A stretch of 64,000 nucleotides of DNA, taken from assembly GCA_004431415.1 (NCBI GenBank), contig QPMI01000479.1, forward strand, positions 116,175 to 180,174, given 5' to 3'. Source of the DNA: Cyanophora paradoxa CCMP329 (Eukaryota > Plantae > Glaucophyta). Positions 44,868 through 56,074 of this stretch are shown piece after piece. A program made the translations under genes and the position numbers. Below the pieces are notes generated by a model. It made no database searches. It was not told the origin of the DNA and was given only the letters and a program-made list of their open reading frames with translations. Position 1 is the first letter of the stretch; each line of letters opens with the position of its first letter.

Positions 44868-47800
44868 TTAGAGCCCAAATGGAATGCTGTGAATTCCATC
44901 GTCTAATATCTTCCTTTTGCTATCGAGTTGGTTTAGAGCCACCCTTCTGCTCTCCAAATCATATAGGTTGTGGTCTTGTCTTCGCTTGTTTACTACTGCT
45001 ACTGTTTTGGTGATGCCTTCAAACAGGCATCTCTTGAAATCATCAAAGTGAACCTCTTTGGAGGAAGTCCCAGACATCTTTATTTTATCAAAGGTCTCAG
45101 TTCTGAAAGCATAGAGTTTCGATCTCAGACCTACATACTCCACAATCTTTGCATTTGGAAACTCGTTTTTATATTTACCTGGAATCAAACGATTGCTCCT
45201 ATCAAAGAGAGGGTGGGTGGGATCATAATTACTGCAATCAAGGTGTCCAGCAATTCGCTTCATCTCATTATTTAGATCATTGGTATGCAGCAGGAGACAG
45301 AAAGAATCTGTATCATGGAATAGTAGCTCTGCTGTTTCCCAAGTTCTCCTCACCACATCATAAAAGAACCTGCTATTGTGGAGTTTCGCGAAATCCAGCA
45401 CAAAAGCACCAATTGCAACAGGTTTATCTAAGTGAACATGCTTGGAATACATCTCAAAGGCAACAGCATTTTCGTTTAATACATTGGTTGCCTTGATGAG
45501 TGGACTTGCAGCATATTTCTTGCAGAGTTTCTCACTGTTAGCAATCTTAACCACAGAGCGACCCCTGCATGATTCGAGGCATTTACCATAGATTGCATTG
45601 TTCATTAATTTAAAGAAGTCACTCTCGAATCTGGACATAGATTGGCGCCTCAGTTTCGTATTTAGATCAATATAACTCTTCATAAATGCAGAGGTTGCAA
45701 ATGAGAGAACCCTGTGAACCTTCGTGATTATAATACCTTTGCTCACAAGATAGACCAAGAGAGGTTGGGAGATCACATAGTTGTTTTTGGGTGTGAATGT
45801 TGCTGTGAGTTTGGGGTCTTTGCTTATCTTCTCACCTGTGATATCCAGTAGTTTTCGTTGATACTCACCCAGCATTTCGGTGGTGACATGTTCTTTATTA
45901 ACTACAAGTGGAAAATCATAATGATCTGTGAGAGTGTGTGGGTATTCCAGGTCTACTTCAATAAAGGCACTTCGTCCTGGGGTCTCTTTAAGTGCCTCTG
46001 AGACATCTTCCCATCGAAAATCTCCAATGGGCAGTTCTTGACTGAGAGCAAAACCATACAGATTATTTGCATCCAAGAGAACTATATGGTCATCTGGGTT
46101 TTCCACCTTTGCATATCGAGTAGGCATTGTAGCAAACCCACCTCGAATTGCCCTCTCAATAAATTCGTATTGCCCTACATCACTGATCTGCTCAATCTTT
46201 GCTCTGGTGTAAATGAGCATTGCATCCCAGGATAATCCAGGAGCCGAAACATAGTTGGCAGGATCCAATCCATATTGGGAAAACGCCAATTCTCGGAATG
46301 TCTGGAATTTACCCATTAGATCACTTGCATCCACTGCCTGGAAGTCCATGAAGTGCGAAGCATCTATGAATTTCCACATGCCCCATTGCAGGGAGAGGTA
46401 TTGGTCGAAATTCTTGCTCAGAATCTCAACACGAAGTTTATCATCTTGCTGTGCAATTTTGCGGAATATTTCGTGTCCACATTCATCCATGTGATCCACC
46501 ACAATTGCTACTTTGGTTTGCTTTGAGATTCTCCTGTGGAGGTTGCAGTTTCGGCATGCTTTCCCAATAAATGCTCCTGATTGATGACAATGGTCTCTCA
46601 CTGGGAAATTCTCATGGGTAAATCGTTCAGCACAGATATAACAGTGTTTAGTCATCTTGTATTTTGCTTTCTGCTCCTCTGTGAGTGGGTGCATTGGAAT
46701 ATTGGTGAATAGAGTGCGGATTACTTGGGGTCTGATCTCTGTGAGAGTGGTAAACAGAGCACCAAGTGGATCTGATCCCTCGAAATAATGAGAGATCACC
46801 TCATCCCCCATCACAACTGTTAAAGAAACCGATTTGACCTCTCTTTTACTGCGGTTCTCATCAATTGGAACCGAGTGACTGTCCATTTTTACATAGCAGA
46901 TAGTGGGAAGCCACACAGTTTTGCGAAGGTGTTGAAGCCCAAATGCAATGTGACTTCCAGATTTCGGGCATTTACCTTTGCTCTCCCTCCAATCAATGCA
47001 GCGATTCGCTTCTATATGAACATCCAGCTTCTCCTGAGTTCTGAAACGAGACAGACAGGTCTCACAGTAATAAATGCGACCATCATGGGCTTTATCAAAG
47101 GTGGTTTTCAGAAGTCTACTCAGAGACATGATGGTGATATAATGCCCTCTATCATCCTCTTCGTTTTCGATTAATAAAAGGTTAATCTTGGTCTTTCTCC
47201 TGGGGTTGCTGGATTGATGGAGAGGATAGAAACACTGTGCTTGATTATCTGCACCATAAATGTTGATACTCAGTTCAGGGTTCTGCTCCTCAAATCGATC
47301 AATAACCTCTGCATCACAGGCAACTGGAAACTGGATGCCTTCGAAATTGAGTTCGTTTAACCATCTTCTATACTGGCTGGGTTCATTGCTCTTGTGTTTA
47401 TTGATGTCCTTTCGGTGCAGGTAAGCCAAGATTGCATACTTGAAGCAGTCTTGACCATCAATATTCTTGACATTCACAGTTGCTCTCTTTAATCCAATCC
47501 ACTCAGGTGTTGAGAAGAAGCAACCACCCACAGGAGCATAAGACATTATAACCACTCTCAGCATCTCGATGCGATCCAGTCTGTAACTGTCCACCTGCAT
47601 CATCTGTTCCTGCATTGCTTGAAGTGCATTTCGCAGTTCAACATCAATATTTCGAGATCTTGTGATGACAAAGTAATCACTATAAATGAACTTGGTGATC
47701 CACACCCTTGGATCACTCACTTTGGTGAACTTACAAATGAAGGTCAACCGAGTCTTAATTGCTCTCAGGTCTTGGAGTTTCTGTCTGAGTCTCTGAGGTA

Positions 47801-48148
47801 GAGTGGGTGCAATTCTCTCCAAGAATTCAATCCCATCTTGGATAACCTCCCCTCTTGCTCGATAGGTTAACCAAGAGTATGCTTTGTTCATTGCTTCCCA
47901 TCTTCAATCTCGGGTTCAATTGTTCCCAACCTTAAACCTTCATCCCTGAATTCCTCCATCTTCTCAAAACGATCATAGAGGCGATTAGTAATTTCTGTGA
48001 GTTGAGATAATCTTGGTCTCCTATCCAGGATTGCTGCCTGGCGATCATATTCGAATTCTGTAATATCACCAGTAACTAAAAGGGTTCCTAAAAGACCGAG
48101 TATTTCGTTTTTCTTTTCTTTGATGATTCTATTTGATTGGCGGGGCAT
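44868..48148 (-). CDS. polB: Protein-primed family B DNA polymerase, ~1,093 aa (C3/C4 frameshift at ~47897)
   Basis: LLDANNLYG, FKLMNNAIYGK, HDTDS, GLRSKLY. Endonuclease-VII-like insert (CYIC..RDHCH..ACRNCN) and N-terminal DCF...GHY region as in Polinton PolBs. Confidence 0.93.
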
Positions 48149-48204
48149 CTTTTACTTTAAGGGAACATATTATTTTTGGGCGTTTTAAACGCATTTCGCA
48201 TTTT

Positions 48205-48396
48205 TCAGGTTCTGATAATTCGCACATTCGTGCCTTTGGGGACATATACATTCACTGTGTCGAGTCTGCTTGCATAAACACGCTTCTTTTGATAGGTTCT
48301 ACCATAACCTGCTCTGATCTTTGCAATATAATCCGCCACCTCTGCAATATCATTCTTTTCGACAAGCTGCTGCCGAATTTCATCAAAATAATCCAT
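48205..48396 (-). CDS. 63-aa hypothetical protein
   Basis: Copy of 26780-26971. Confidence 0.6.
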   Translation of the reverse strand: MDYFDEIRQQLVEKNDIAEVADYIAKIRAGYGRTYQKKRVYASRLDTVNVYVPKGTNVRIIRT

Positions 48397-48539
48397 TTTC
48401 TGTCTTAGTCAAGTGAAATACGCAACGATCCCTTAAATCGCCAGTCAATTTTTGTCACAACACACCGATTTCCGATACGTTTTTATATTGTCCAATTATT
48501 ATTCGCGAAAGTGATCGACCCACAGGGGGGAGTCTGTGG

Positions 48540-48691
48540 TTAATTGGGTGTGACGCCTGTGACGCCTGTGACACCTGTTTTCAGAGGTTTGTAGATTTTT
48601 GAAATTTTAAAAAGTTTGAAAATAGGCGTCACAGGCGTCACAGGCGTCACAGGCGTCACACTCAATTAAAAAGGTGTCACAGCTGTCACAC
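48540..48691. repeat. Internal iteron-like module (one extra 9-mer)
   Basis: Copy of 27114-27256. Confidence 0.7.
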
Positions 48692-48759
48692 AAACCATTT
48701 ACAGTAAGGTTTTTAAAAAATAAGAAATTCAATCAGTATTAGAATCGATTCTGTTTTGT

Positions 48760-51123
48760 TTACTCATCCCCACCTTCAACATCACTGTCATCCACCAACT
48801 TGCGACTATGCTTCTTTTTGATCCCAAAGTAGCCACGAGCAAGAACACCATTGACTCGCTTTCTCTCAGCCTTCACATTAAAGACTTCGCGAAGTCTCTT
48901 CAAGATAGTGCATTCTGTGATTTTCTCATCAGATTTGCCCATGTGATCCATCTTAAAGTGACTGATAATGGACTCACTTGTGGCGAAATCCCCTTGACTC
49001 TTGGTGAGTTCATAACTCTCACGAATCCATTCTCCAATCTTGTCATTCTCATTGAAATATTCAACACCTTGATCAACAATGGACTGGGGTGGTTTGGTGA
49101 CGAATTCATTGAGAGAATGGGTTCTCCACATTTCCAGGAGAATGGACATATGCGCCATTTTATAATCGTCATCATTCTTCATTAGGCGCATGAGAGTGGT
49201 GTCTGCTTTCTTCTCACCAGGCTGAGGATCGACCTTGAAGACATTTTCGAATCGGTAGTAGATAATTCGCCTTTGAATTGCTGCATCTGGTTTACTGATT
49301 CCCAAGTTGTCATTTGTGGACAAGAACAACTGGAACATGGGAATGAATGTAACAAGATCTTTGAAAAGAGCTCGAACCTTCATCTCATTCCCACCAGTAA
49401 CCTGTTTGATTTTGTTCAGTTGAAGCATATCACCATCTTCTGCTTCATTACTGAAAACAATTCGTTTCCCAAGAATGCAAGCGAGTTCTGGGGAAGCCTC
49501 TGACGAACTCTTCTTGGGTTTAGTCCAATATGTCATGTCCAGTGACCCATAATACTCACCAAATGTGTCTTTCACCAACTCTTGGAGCAGTGATTTCCCA
49601 TTTGCTCCAATTCCAGTCCAGCAAGTGTATCTCTGATTTTCTGTCAAACCACTCAGGGCATAGGCAATTAATCCCATCATAAATTCGCGGTTTTCATCAG
49701 ATTCGATAATATCTGCATAGATGGATTTAATCTTCGCAACTTTCTCTTGGTCAATTTCTGTGGTGTAATCGTAGCCAACAGTCTTACTCACCATATCATC
49801 TGGGAGTCCCTGTCGAAAAGTCATGGAGTTCAGGTCAAACACACCATTTGTAAATCCAATGATGTTGGGAACAGTATCAAGTCTCTCGAAAAAGGTCTTG
49901 TCACTGAACAGAACTGAAAGATCAGACATAAGTGCAGTTCTGTATGTAGTCTGTTTGAGGCTCTTAGCAATTCCCAGCAGAATCTTTGACCTTTCCTCCA
50001 AGGAATTGCGGTTCTCTTCATCACGAAGTGCTCTCTGTGCGAGTTGAACAGAACGTTGAAGATAAACTGGACAGACCTTGCAGCTCAAACAGAGAAAGAT
50101 TCGCTTCCCAGTTTCATCCATCTCCCAAATCCCACATACATCATTGAACTTGAACCAGGTCTTGTTGGAATACTTGTATTTGTCTTGCAGAACAAGATAG
50201 GCAACCTGTGCAACATCATAATGGGCACCATCAGATCCAGCAGACCGATCAATCAGATTTTCGATCTTCACATCTGTCTCTTCCTTCACACGAACTGTGA
50301 TGCTTCGCTTTTTGCAGTTTGCACTGTAACTCGAAACAATATATTTGTCCTTCTCCTTCCCTTGAACAATATACCAATTGTTCGAGTCATGGCTTCCCTT
50401 GCAGCAGGGACAGATCAGACCTTTGTTCTCAGCAGTGAAATTGTATCCCATCTTGGTCTCATTGATGATTGTGGGCAAGATGAAACCGAATTCTTCCAGT
50501 TTAGAAAGAATATGTTTCTGCAAATTCTCCTCAGCGCACCTCTCAAAATAAGAATGTGCACCTTTGGGGAATTCGTAGTTGTCAACAATCCACTTTTGCA
50601 ACTCAGCAGTAGGTTCATTTAACTCACACTCAGATGCCCATGGCTCTCTGATCCATGTTTTGTTGGGACTGGGACAAATATTAATTACCCCAGCAGTCCC
50701 AGTGGATGCAATCGTTTTGCAGTCGATCTTGGGGTTTCCTTTGAATGCACCTGCTTTATCCCAGATCTTAATGGTGTCGAATTCAGCAGGTCGAGCGAAA
50801 TAAGCATGATATCCTTTTTTGGTTTTAGCAAGTGGATTAACACCACCGAAATCATCAGGGAATTGCTCCTCGAATTTGGCGAAATCCTCCTCTTGGTCGA
50901 AGTCAATAACCATGATATTACGAGCAAGAATGCCCCAAGCAGTATATTTACCGGATTTCAGGGCTTCATCGAATTTATCCCAAGTCCAGGATCCGTCTTT
51001 ATGAGCGAAAAGCGGTCTCTTGGTATCAGGATCAACAGGAATTACGAGATTCTCAGACAGGACATCGTCTTCACGAAGCCAGTCAACAAGGCGTTTCAGG
51101 GATTTCTTGGCGGCAGCGTTCAT
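48760..51123 (-). CDS. Prim-Pol/D5-like primase-helicase
   Basis: Intact copy of 27324-29687. Confidence 0.92.
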   Translation of the reverse strand: MNAAAKKSLKRLVDWLREDDVLSENLVIPVDPDTKRPLFAHKDGSWTWDKFDEALKSGKYTAWGILARNIMVIDFDQEEDFAKFEEQFPDDFGGVNPLAKTKKGYHAYFARPAEFDTIKIWDKAGAFKGNPKIDCKTIASTGTAGVINICPSPNKTWIREPWASECELNEPTAELQKWIVDNYEFPKGAHSYFERCAEENLQKHILSKLEEFGFILPTIINETKMGYNFTAENKGLICPCCKGSHDSNNWYIVQGKEKDKYIVSSYSANCKKRSITVRVKEETDVKIENLIDRSAGSDGAHYDVAQVAYLVLQDKYKYSNKTWFKFNDVCGIWEMDETGKRIFLCLSCKVCPVYLQRSVQLAQRALRDEENRNSLEERSKILLGIAKSLKQTTYRTALMSDLSVLFSDKTFFERLDTVPNIIGFTNGVFDLNSMTFRQGLPDDMVSKTVGYDYTTEIDQEKVAKIKSIYADIIESDENREFMMGLIAYALSGLTENQRYTCWTGIGANGKSLLQELVKDTFGEYYGSLDMTYWTKPKKSSSEASPELACILGKRIVFSNEAEDGDMLQLNKIKQVTGGNEMKVRALFKDLVTFIPMFQLFLSTNDNLGISKPDAAIQRRIIYYRFENVFKVDPQPGEKKADTTLMRLMKNDDDYKMAHMSILLEMWRTHSLNEFVTKPPQSIVDQGVEYFNENDKIGEWIRESYELTKSQGDFATSESIISHFKMDHMGKSDEKITECTILKRLREVFNVKAERKRVNGVLARGYFGIKKKHSRKLVDDSDVEGGDE

Positions 51124-51317
51124 TTCGAAAATTGGGGGCTTCTTACACTTAATGGAGAAATTAATTTCTCCGGATCCTTGTCATTTTGTGGCGGCTAACC
51201 TTTAAATACCTTTGGGTTTTCCGATTGGCGCTCGATATATGGTAATGATCCATCGAAAAGTCGATTGATCATGGTAACAAAAAGGATTCAGCGGATATCT
51301 GGGACTTTGGGGGCGGT

Positions 51318-51545
51318 TCAGTATTTTCTGGGACGACCTACTGGGCGTTTGACTGGATTATTGGGATCCATCTCAGCAGCTTTCCTGCGATAATATCGTT
51401 CCAGTGCCTTTTTACGATATAATTCACGAAATTCCTCATCTTGATAACGTTTCTGGAAATACAAGCGGTCATACAACCTTTTCCTCTCATTGGGATCCAT
51501 TTCGCTCATTGCAAGTTCGAATTCGACCACAGATTCAGTTTCCAT
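51318..51545 (-). CDS. 75-aa AT-hook protein
   Basis: Copy of 29882-30109. Confidence 0.72.
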   Translation of the reverse strand: METESVVEFELAMSEMDPNERKRLYDRLYFQKRYQDEEFRELYRKKALERYYRRKAAEMDPNNPVKRPVGRPRKY

Positions 51546-51746
51546 TTGATATGTTCCTTATATTTGGACGAGAAAATAATTTGTCCGGGTTCACCAATCA
51601 AACACACCTTACCCTTAAATCCCTTGTCATTTTTTGCAGATCGAGACCAGTTCCTGTCTACGCTTTTTTATTGCGTCTTCTGTTGCATATTCAGCGGATT
51701 TCCTTTCAAGGATAGCATAGATCTCAGAGAGACTGAGCATTCGATA

Positions 51747-51980
51747 TTAATTACCGAGATTTAATTTCGGATCTGTGAAAGATACAGAGCGTCGCCTCAC
51801 TGTCTCTGTTTTAATATGCTCCTCGAAATCCACCGAGTCTGTGGATAATCGCCTACCGCCAGATCCATGACTTTCAGTGTCAGAGAATTCGATTTCGACT
51901 TTTGTATCACAGCAACCACTGTGACAATTGCTCACAATGTGGAGATTAAACATCTCAATGATTTTGCGCAGAAAATCCAT
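51747..51980 (-). CDS. 77-aa CHSGCC protein
   Basis: Copy of 30311-30544. Confidence 0.6.
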   Translation of the reverse strand: MDFLRKIIEMFNLHIVSNCHSGCCDTKVEIEFSDTESHGSGGRRLSTDSVDFEEHIKTETVRRRSVSFTDPKLNLGN

Positions 51981-52007
51981 GATGCTTTCTCTTTTAATGC
52001 GAGATAA

Positions 52008-52742
52008 TTATAGCCAAACTCGTCGTTTATATACTGTTGGGGCAACACCTTTGTCAACCTCTGCTTTGGTAGCACCAGGTTCAATGGTGCCCTTTTGGGT
52101 TTTGGTCTTCATCTCATCAACTGCCTGCTCATCGATTTGAGTTTCTTTCTTACCAATGAACTGCTTATCTGGGAGACCAGTGATTCCCATTCTATACACC
52201 TCCTTTCGCAGCATCTCCTTTAATTTCGCTCGCTCTTTCTTCTCAGATACATACTGTTCAAGTGCACTCGATTTCGCTTCCAGATCTTTTAGTTTCGCAG
52301 TCATTTCGTCCCATTGGGCTTTGGGAATTCGATGAATATTCTGTGTAGGTGCGACCTTGTAGGTGACCTCGCCAGCCATGGATTGAATTACCTTGTCAGA
52401 TTCCTTGGAGACACCTTCACCTTTGCGAGCAAGTGAGAGATCTTGCAGACCCAATCCTTTGTCATCAGCAGCACCAATAATTCGACGAGCACCTTCACCA
52501 ACTGCTTTCATCTTTGTGGCTTCGGGCGAAATATTCAATTGATCACTGGTGGATGTTTGAGGCGCTTTATCATCGGGAGATTCTTCGTAAGCAGCATTGA
52601 GGGGATCTTCCTGTTGCTGTGATGCTTTGACTTCATTGACACCATTGAATTTCAGGGGCTCTGTGTTAATAGAACCGGTTCCAGAGGATGCAGAATATGA
52701 CATAGCACCGGCAGGAACACCAACTTTGCGTTTAGAAGGCAT
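52008..52742 (-). CDS. 244-aa hypothetical protein
   Basis: Copy of 30572-31306. Confidence 0.7.
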   Translation of the reverse strand: MPSKRKVGVPAGAMSYSASSGTGSINTEPLKFNGVNEVKASQQQEDPLNAAYEESPDDKAPQTSTSDQLNISPEATKMKAVGEGARRIIGAADDKGLGLQDLSLARKGEGVSKESDKVIQSMAGEVTYKVAPTQNIHRIPKAQWDEMTAKLKDLEAKSSALEQYVSEKKERAKLKEMLRKEVYRMGITGLPDKQFIGKKETQIDEQAVDEMKTKTQKGTIEPGATKAEVDKGVAPTVYKRRVWL

Positions 52743-52770
52743 TGTATATTTATTAGAAGCAGAGATTATT

Positions 52771-53553
52771 TTACAAACCTCTCTTATATCGCATCAGTTT
52801 ATTCGAATGAACACCACTCTTGACCTCTTTGGGGGCTTCCTCTTTCTGTGGAGGTGGTAATTCGTCCTCTTTCTTTTTGGGCTTCCTGTGGAACCGAGGA
52901 AATGGGAAATCTTTGACCAGATCCGCTTTATCAACATAATAGTTCACCGAATAATTCGCAGAAGACCACACAATATATTGGTAAGAGTGCACATACTCCT
53001 CAAACATCTTATAGAAATCGTCTTTGTTTCGCATGATATTATATTCCTCTTCAATGGCTTCGAGTTCTTTGCGATTTGCAGCACTCAGGAACACAGCATA
53101 ATCCGAATTTACTCGAATTGTTGAAGAAACCTTACGCAATTTCTGAGTTATGCAGATGCAGGATACTGCCGAGTGTCGGCCGCGCGAATACACAGAGCCA
53201 ATTATTTTATCACGAGTTAGGTCTATTAACTCATTATCTATTAAATCATCAAGGACAATACACATTTGATTCACAGGTTCCCCTTTTTCGATTTTCTCCT
53301 GCCTTTCATCCAGTAATTTGGAAATGTAAGCAGCATCCCATTTCCCGAGTTGCAATGTTGCAACTGCATCCCAGAAATGATTGAAGGACGTCCCACTCAC
53401 AACAAGAACAGTATCAATCTTTTTCGCATCATGCAGCTGTTTCAACCAATATTTCACACATTCTGACTTGCCTGTTGCAGACTTTCCTATGAAAAGAGCA
53501 CGAAATGGTGGGGTTATCATTTCGCCTGCATTAAACTCTTCTAAATCGTTCAT
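52771..53553 (-). CDS. A32-like packaging ATPase
   Basis: Walker A/B, RGRH and ITQ motifs. Confidence 0.93.
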   Translation of the reverse strand: MNDLEEFNAGEMITPPFRALFIGKSATGKSECVKYWLKQLHDAKKIDTVLVVSGTSFNHFWDAVATLQLGKWDAAYISKLLDERQEKIEKGEPVNQMCIVLDDLIDNELIDLTRDKIIGSVYSRGRHSAVSCICITQKLRKVSSTIRVNSDYAVFLSAANRKELEAIEEEYNIMRNKDDFYKMFEEYVHSYQYIVWSSANYSVNYYVDKADLVKDFPFPRFHRKPKKKEDELPPPQKEEAPKEVKSGVHSNKLMRYKRGL

Positions 53554-53615
53554 GGCTTTGTAGATCTTTCTTATTAAAGATAGATAAAAATAACGAAACG
53601 TTACTGATAATGGTT

Positions 53616-54981
53616 TTACAGATTAATGCGACGAAGACCATCTTTGTCAACAATAATGAAACTGTGCATGAGAGCACGAACATTAACTGTGATTGTCTGG
53701 TCAGAAGGCATGTATAGAGTGAGGAAAGAGGAGGAGGAGTTCGTGAGATCAACATAGCCAGACTGGGCAATGTTGCGAATCGCTTTCTCTCCATCAACAC
53801 AGAATGGTAGACCACTGAGGACATATTTGTCTGCAACCTTGTCCATATTTGAGCACTTGAAGGCATCCGCAATTAATTCGGCACCTTTGAGAAGAGGGAT
53901 GGGCTCAGTAGCATAGAGACGTTGACCATTAATTTCGACAGTGAAAGTAATGTCTTTTGAGTTAGCATACGTTTTCAGAACACTGTGGGAACCATTGAAA
54001 CCATCAATACCTGCGGCAACGAACTGAAACAAGAAGACCATAGACAAGACCCGAGATCTGTGACAGGTTAATACGATTTGGTTGAGCATTGCCTTTTGCA
54101 GCGAAATTGACACTGTCAACAAAACCAATATCCAGAGCAGGAATAGCCATACCAGTGGTCTTCACCTTCTCAATGACAGTAGCAAACAGTTCATCAGAAA
54201 CATTAATAGCATGCATGTAAAGACGAGGAGAAGTGACTTTAATTTCAGGGGTTGTTCCTGAGATGGTGAAAGTGGTGATCTGTTGACCAACATGGGCAAG
54301 GGTTCCATCTGTGAAATTTCCAAGTCCATCATCAGCAGTTGCATCAACAGTTCCAACAGCAGTTGTAAGTTCACGACCACCATAAGAAGTCTCAACATAA
54401 CCCTTTCCAGCATCCTTGAACCAGACAGTTACCACCATTTCTCCTGAGAGAGCACCAAGAGGTAGGTAATGGTTTAGCCATGGGACTGGGATTTCAGTGA
54501 AAAATGACCCACCAAGTCGGTTGGTTCCATGGGCAGGGATACCATGAACCATACCCATTGAACGCTTCTTCTTGGCGAGTTGATCCTCACTGTAATAGAT
54601 AAGAGGGAAATGAGCAAGGAAATCAGAAGGCACATGGAAAGTGTAAGATCCATAGGTGATTTCAAGTCGAGAGACAAGAGCACCAACTGGGCGAACGTAT
54701 CCATTGCGAACAAGGTCGGTATCACCAGCAAAAGTAATGGCTGGAAGGTCAAACGCAAGTTCGAGTTTTCCACAGAAATTGTAGCGAGGAAGCTTGAAAC
54801 TAATGCGATTTCCAGCATTATTCTCGAAAGTGTTGCTTGGGTTCACAACAACAAGAACTGGCTTCGACTTGGATTCAAGACCAAGCATGAGAGAGTTGTC
54901 CAAGAAGAACGCCTTGGCTTCTTCCGGGGTTGTTAGAGCTTCTTTCAGAGAAAGACGTTGGAGGGTCGAAGTAATATCCAT
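53616..54981 (-). CDS. Major capsid protein (2-bp deletion near 54018 causes a frameshift)
   Basis: GCGGCAACG here versus GCGGCATCACG in the inner copy. Confidence 0.72.
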
Positions 54982-55035
54982 GATTATCTCTTTTATTATA
55001 CTGCAACATAAAAAATTCACCAATGATCCTTGATT

Positions 55036-56046
55036 TTACGCAAAACTCGCAATTACAGGATAAGATGGATGGGTTTCCGCCATCCTCCTCTTGAAGTATT
55101 CATACACAGGATCACCAGCAGGTTCATCACCATATCGAATTTCGAAGGTGAGGTGCACAGGTTGACCTTCGAAATCAATTGGTTCATTAATTGCATTCAC
55201 AATGTCAACCGAAAATGTGGAGAGTCCCAGATTCTTGTTATAGTATTTATAAATCGGATGGGCTTCTGTCGAATTATAAACGACATGCTCACCATAATCT
55301 TTATCAGGAACCACGATTTTGTGGAAATATCCAGTGAGGAGACCATCACCACATTGCACAAGATCACCAAGCTCTTTTACTCTCACAAATAGGACACTAT
55401 CCCTGGTCTTCTCGGGTTCAAATGAAGATATAATACCATGCACCATCGACCCAGTGAAGATACCATCAGTAAGAGTATTATAAACCTGAGATTGGATTGG
55501 TGTGTTACCATATCTTCCAGGATCAAGACCAAGCAGTCGAGCAGAACTCAAAAACCTCTGAATCTGTGCCTGGGTTGGGTTAATTGCGGTTGAGAAAGCC
55601 AGGTAAAACGGTATGGTGGAATGGAATATTACTCGTTTCAGTGTATCATCCCATTTGCAACGAATAGCTACTGCTGGTTCTCTCAATGCAAGTTTGGAGT
55701 TAATTACATTCACCAGTTGTTGGTGGTTTTGAATGGGTGTGCTGCGACTTATCACAATGTGTTTCCATGATTCATAATCGGCAGCAGGTCGATCAGTTGG
55801 AATACCAGTGCTTCCTGCACCTTGGTAATATTCAGACCAATAAAGGTAGAATGCATTATCTATTGTCACATCTCCTGGTTTGGTTTCACCACTCACCATG
55901 GGAATGCTGTTATAGAATTCTGCTGAGACCAGTCTCACTGCTCTTACAAATTCATATGTGCTGGGGAGGCGAGCAATAAAACTCGAAGTAGGTCCATCTC
56001 CCGAAATTGTATTGAAAGAGCTCACTTCGATGTAATCCACAGGCAT
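55036..56046 (-). CDS. Minor capsid (penton-like) protein 1
   Basis: Intact 336-aa ORF. Confidence 0.72.
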   Translation of the reverse strand: MPVDYIEVSSFNTISGDGPTSSFIARLPSTYEFVRAVRLVSAEFYNSIPMVSGETKPGDVTIDNAFYLYWSEYYQGAGSTGIPTDRPAADYESWKHIVISRSTPIQNHQQLVNVINSKLALREPAVAIRCKWDDTLKRVIFHSTIPFYLAFSTAINPTQAQIQRFLSSARLLGLDPGRYGNTPIQSQVYNTLTDGIFTGSMVHGIISSFEPEKTRDSVLFVRVKELGDLVQCGDGLLTGYFHKIVVPDKDYGEHVVYNSTEAHPIYKYYNKNLGLSTFSVDIVNAINEPIDFEGQPVHLTFEIRYGDEPAGDPVYEYFKRRMAETHPSYPVIASFA

Positions 56047-56074
56047 CTTCTTTTATCTATAAACATATATTAAA

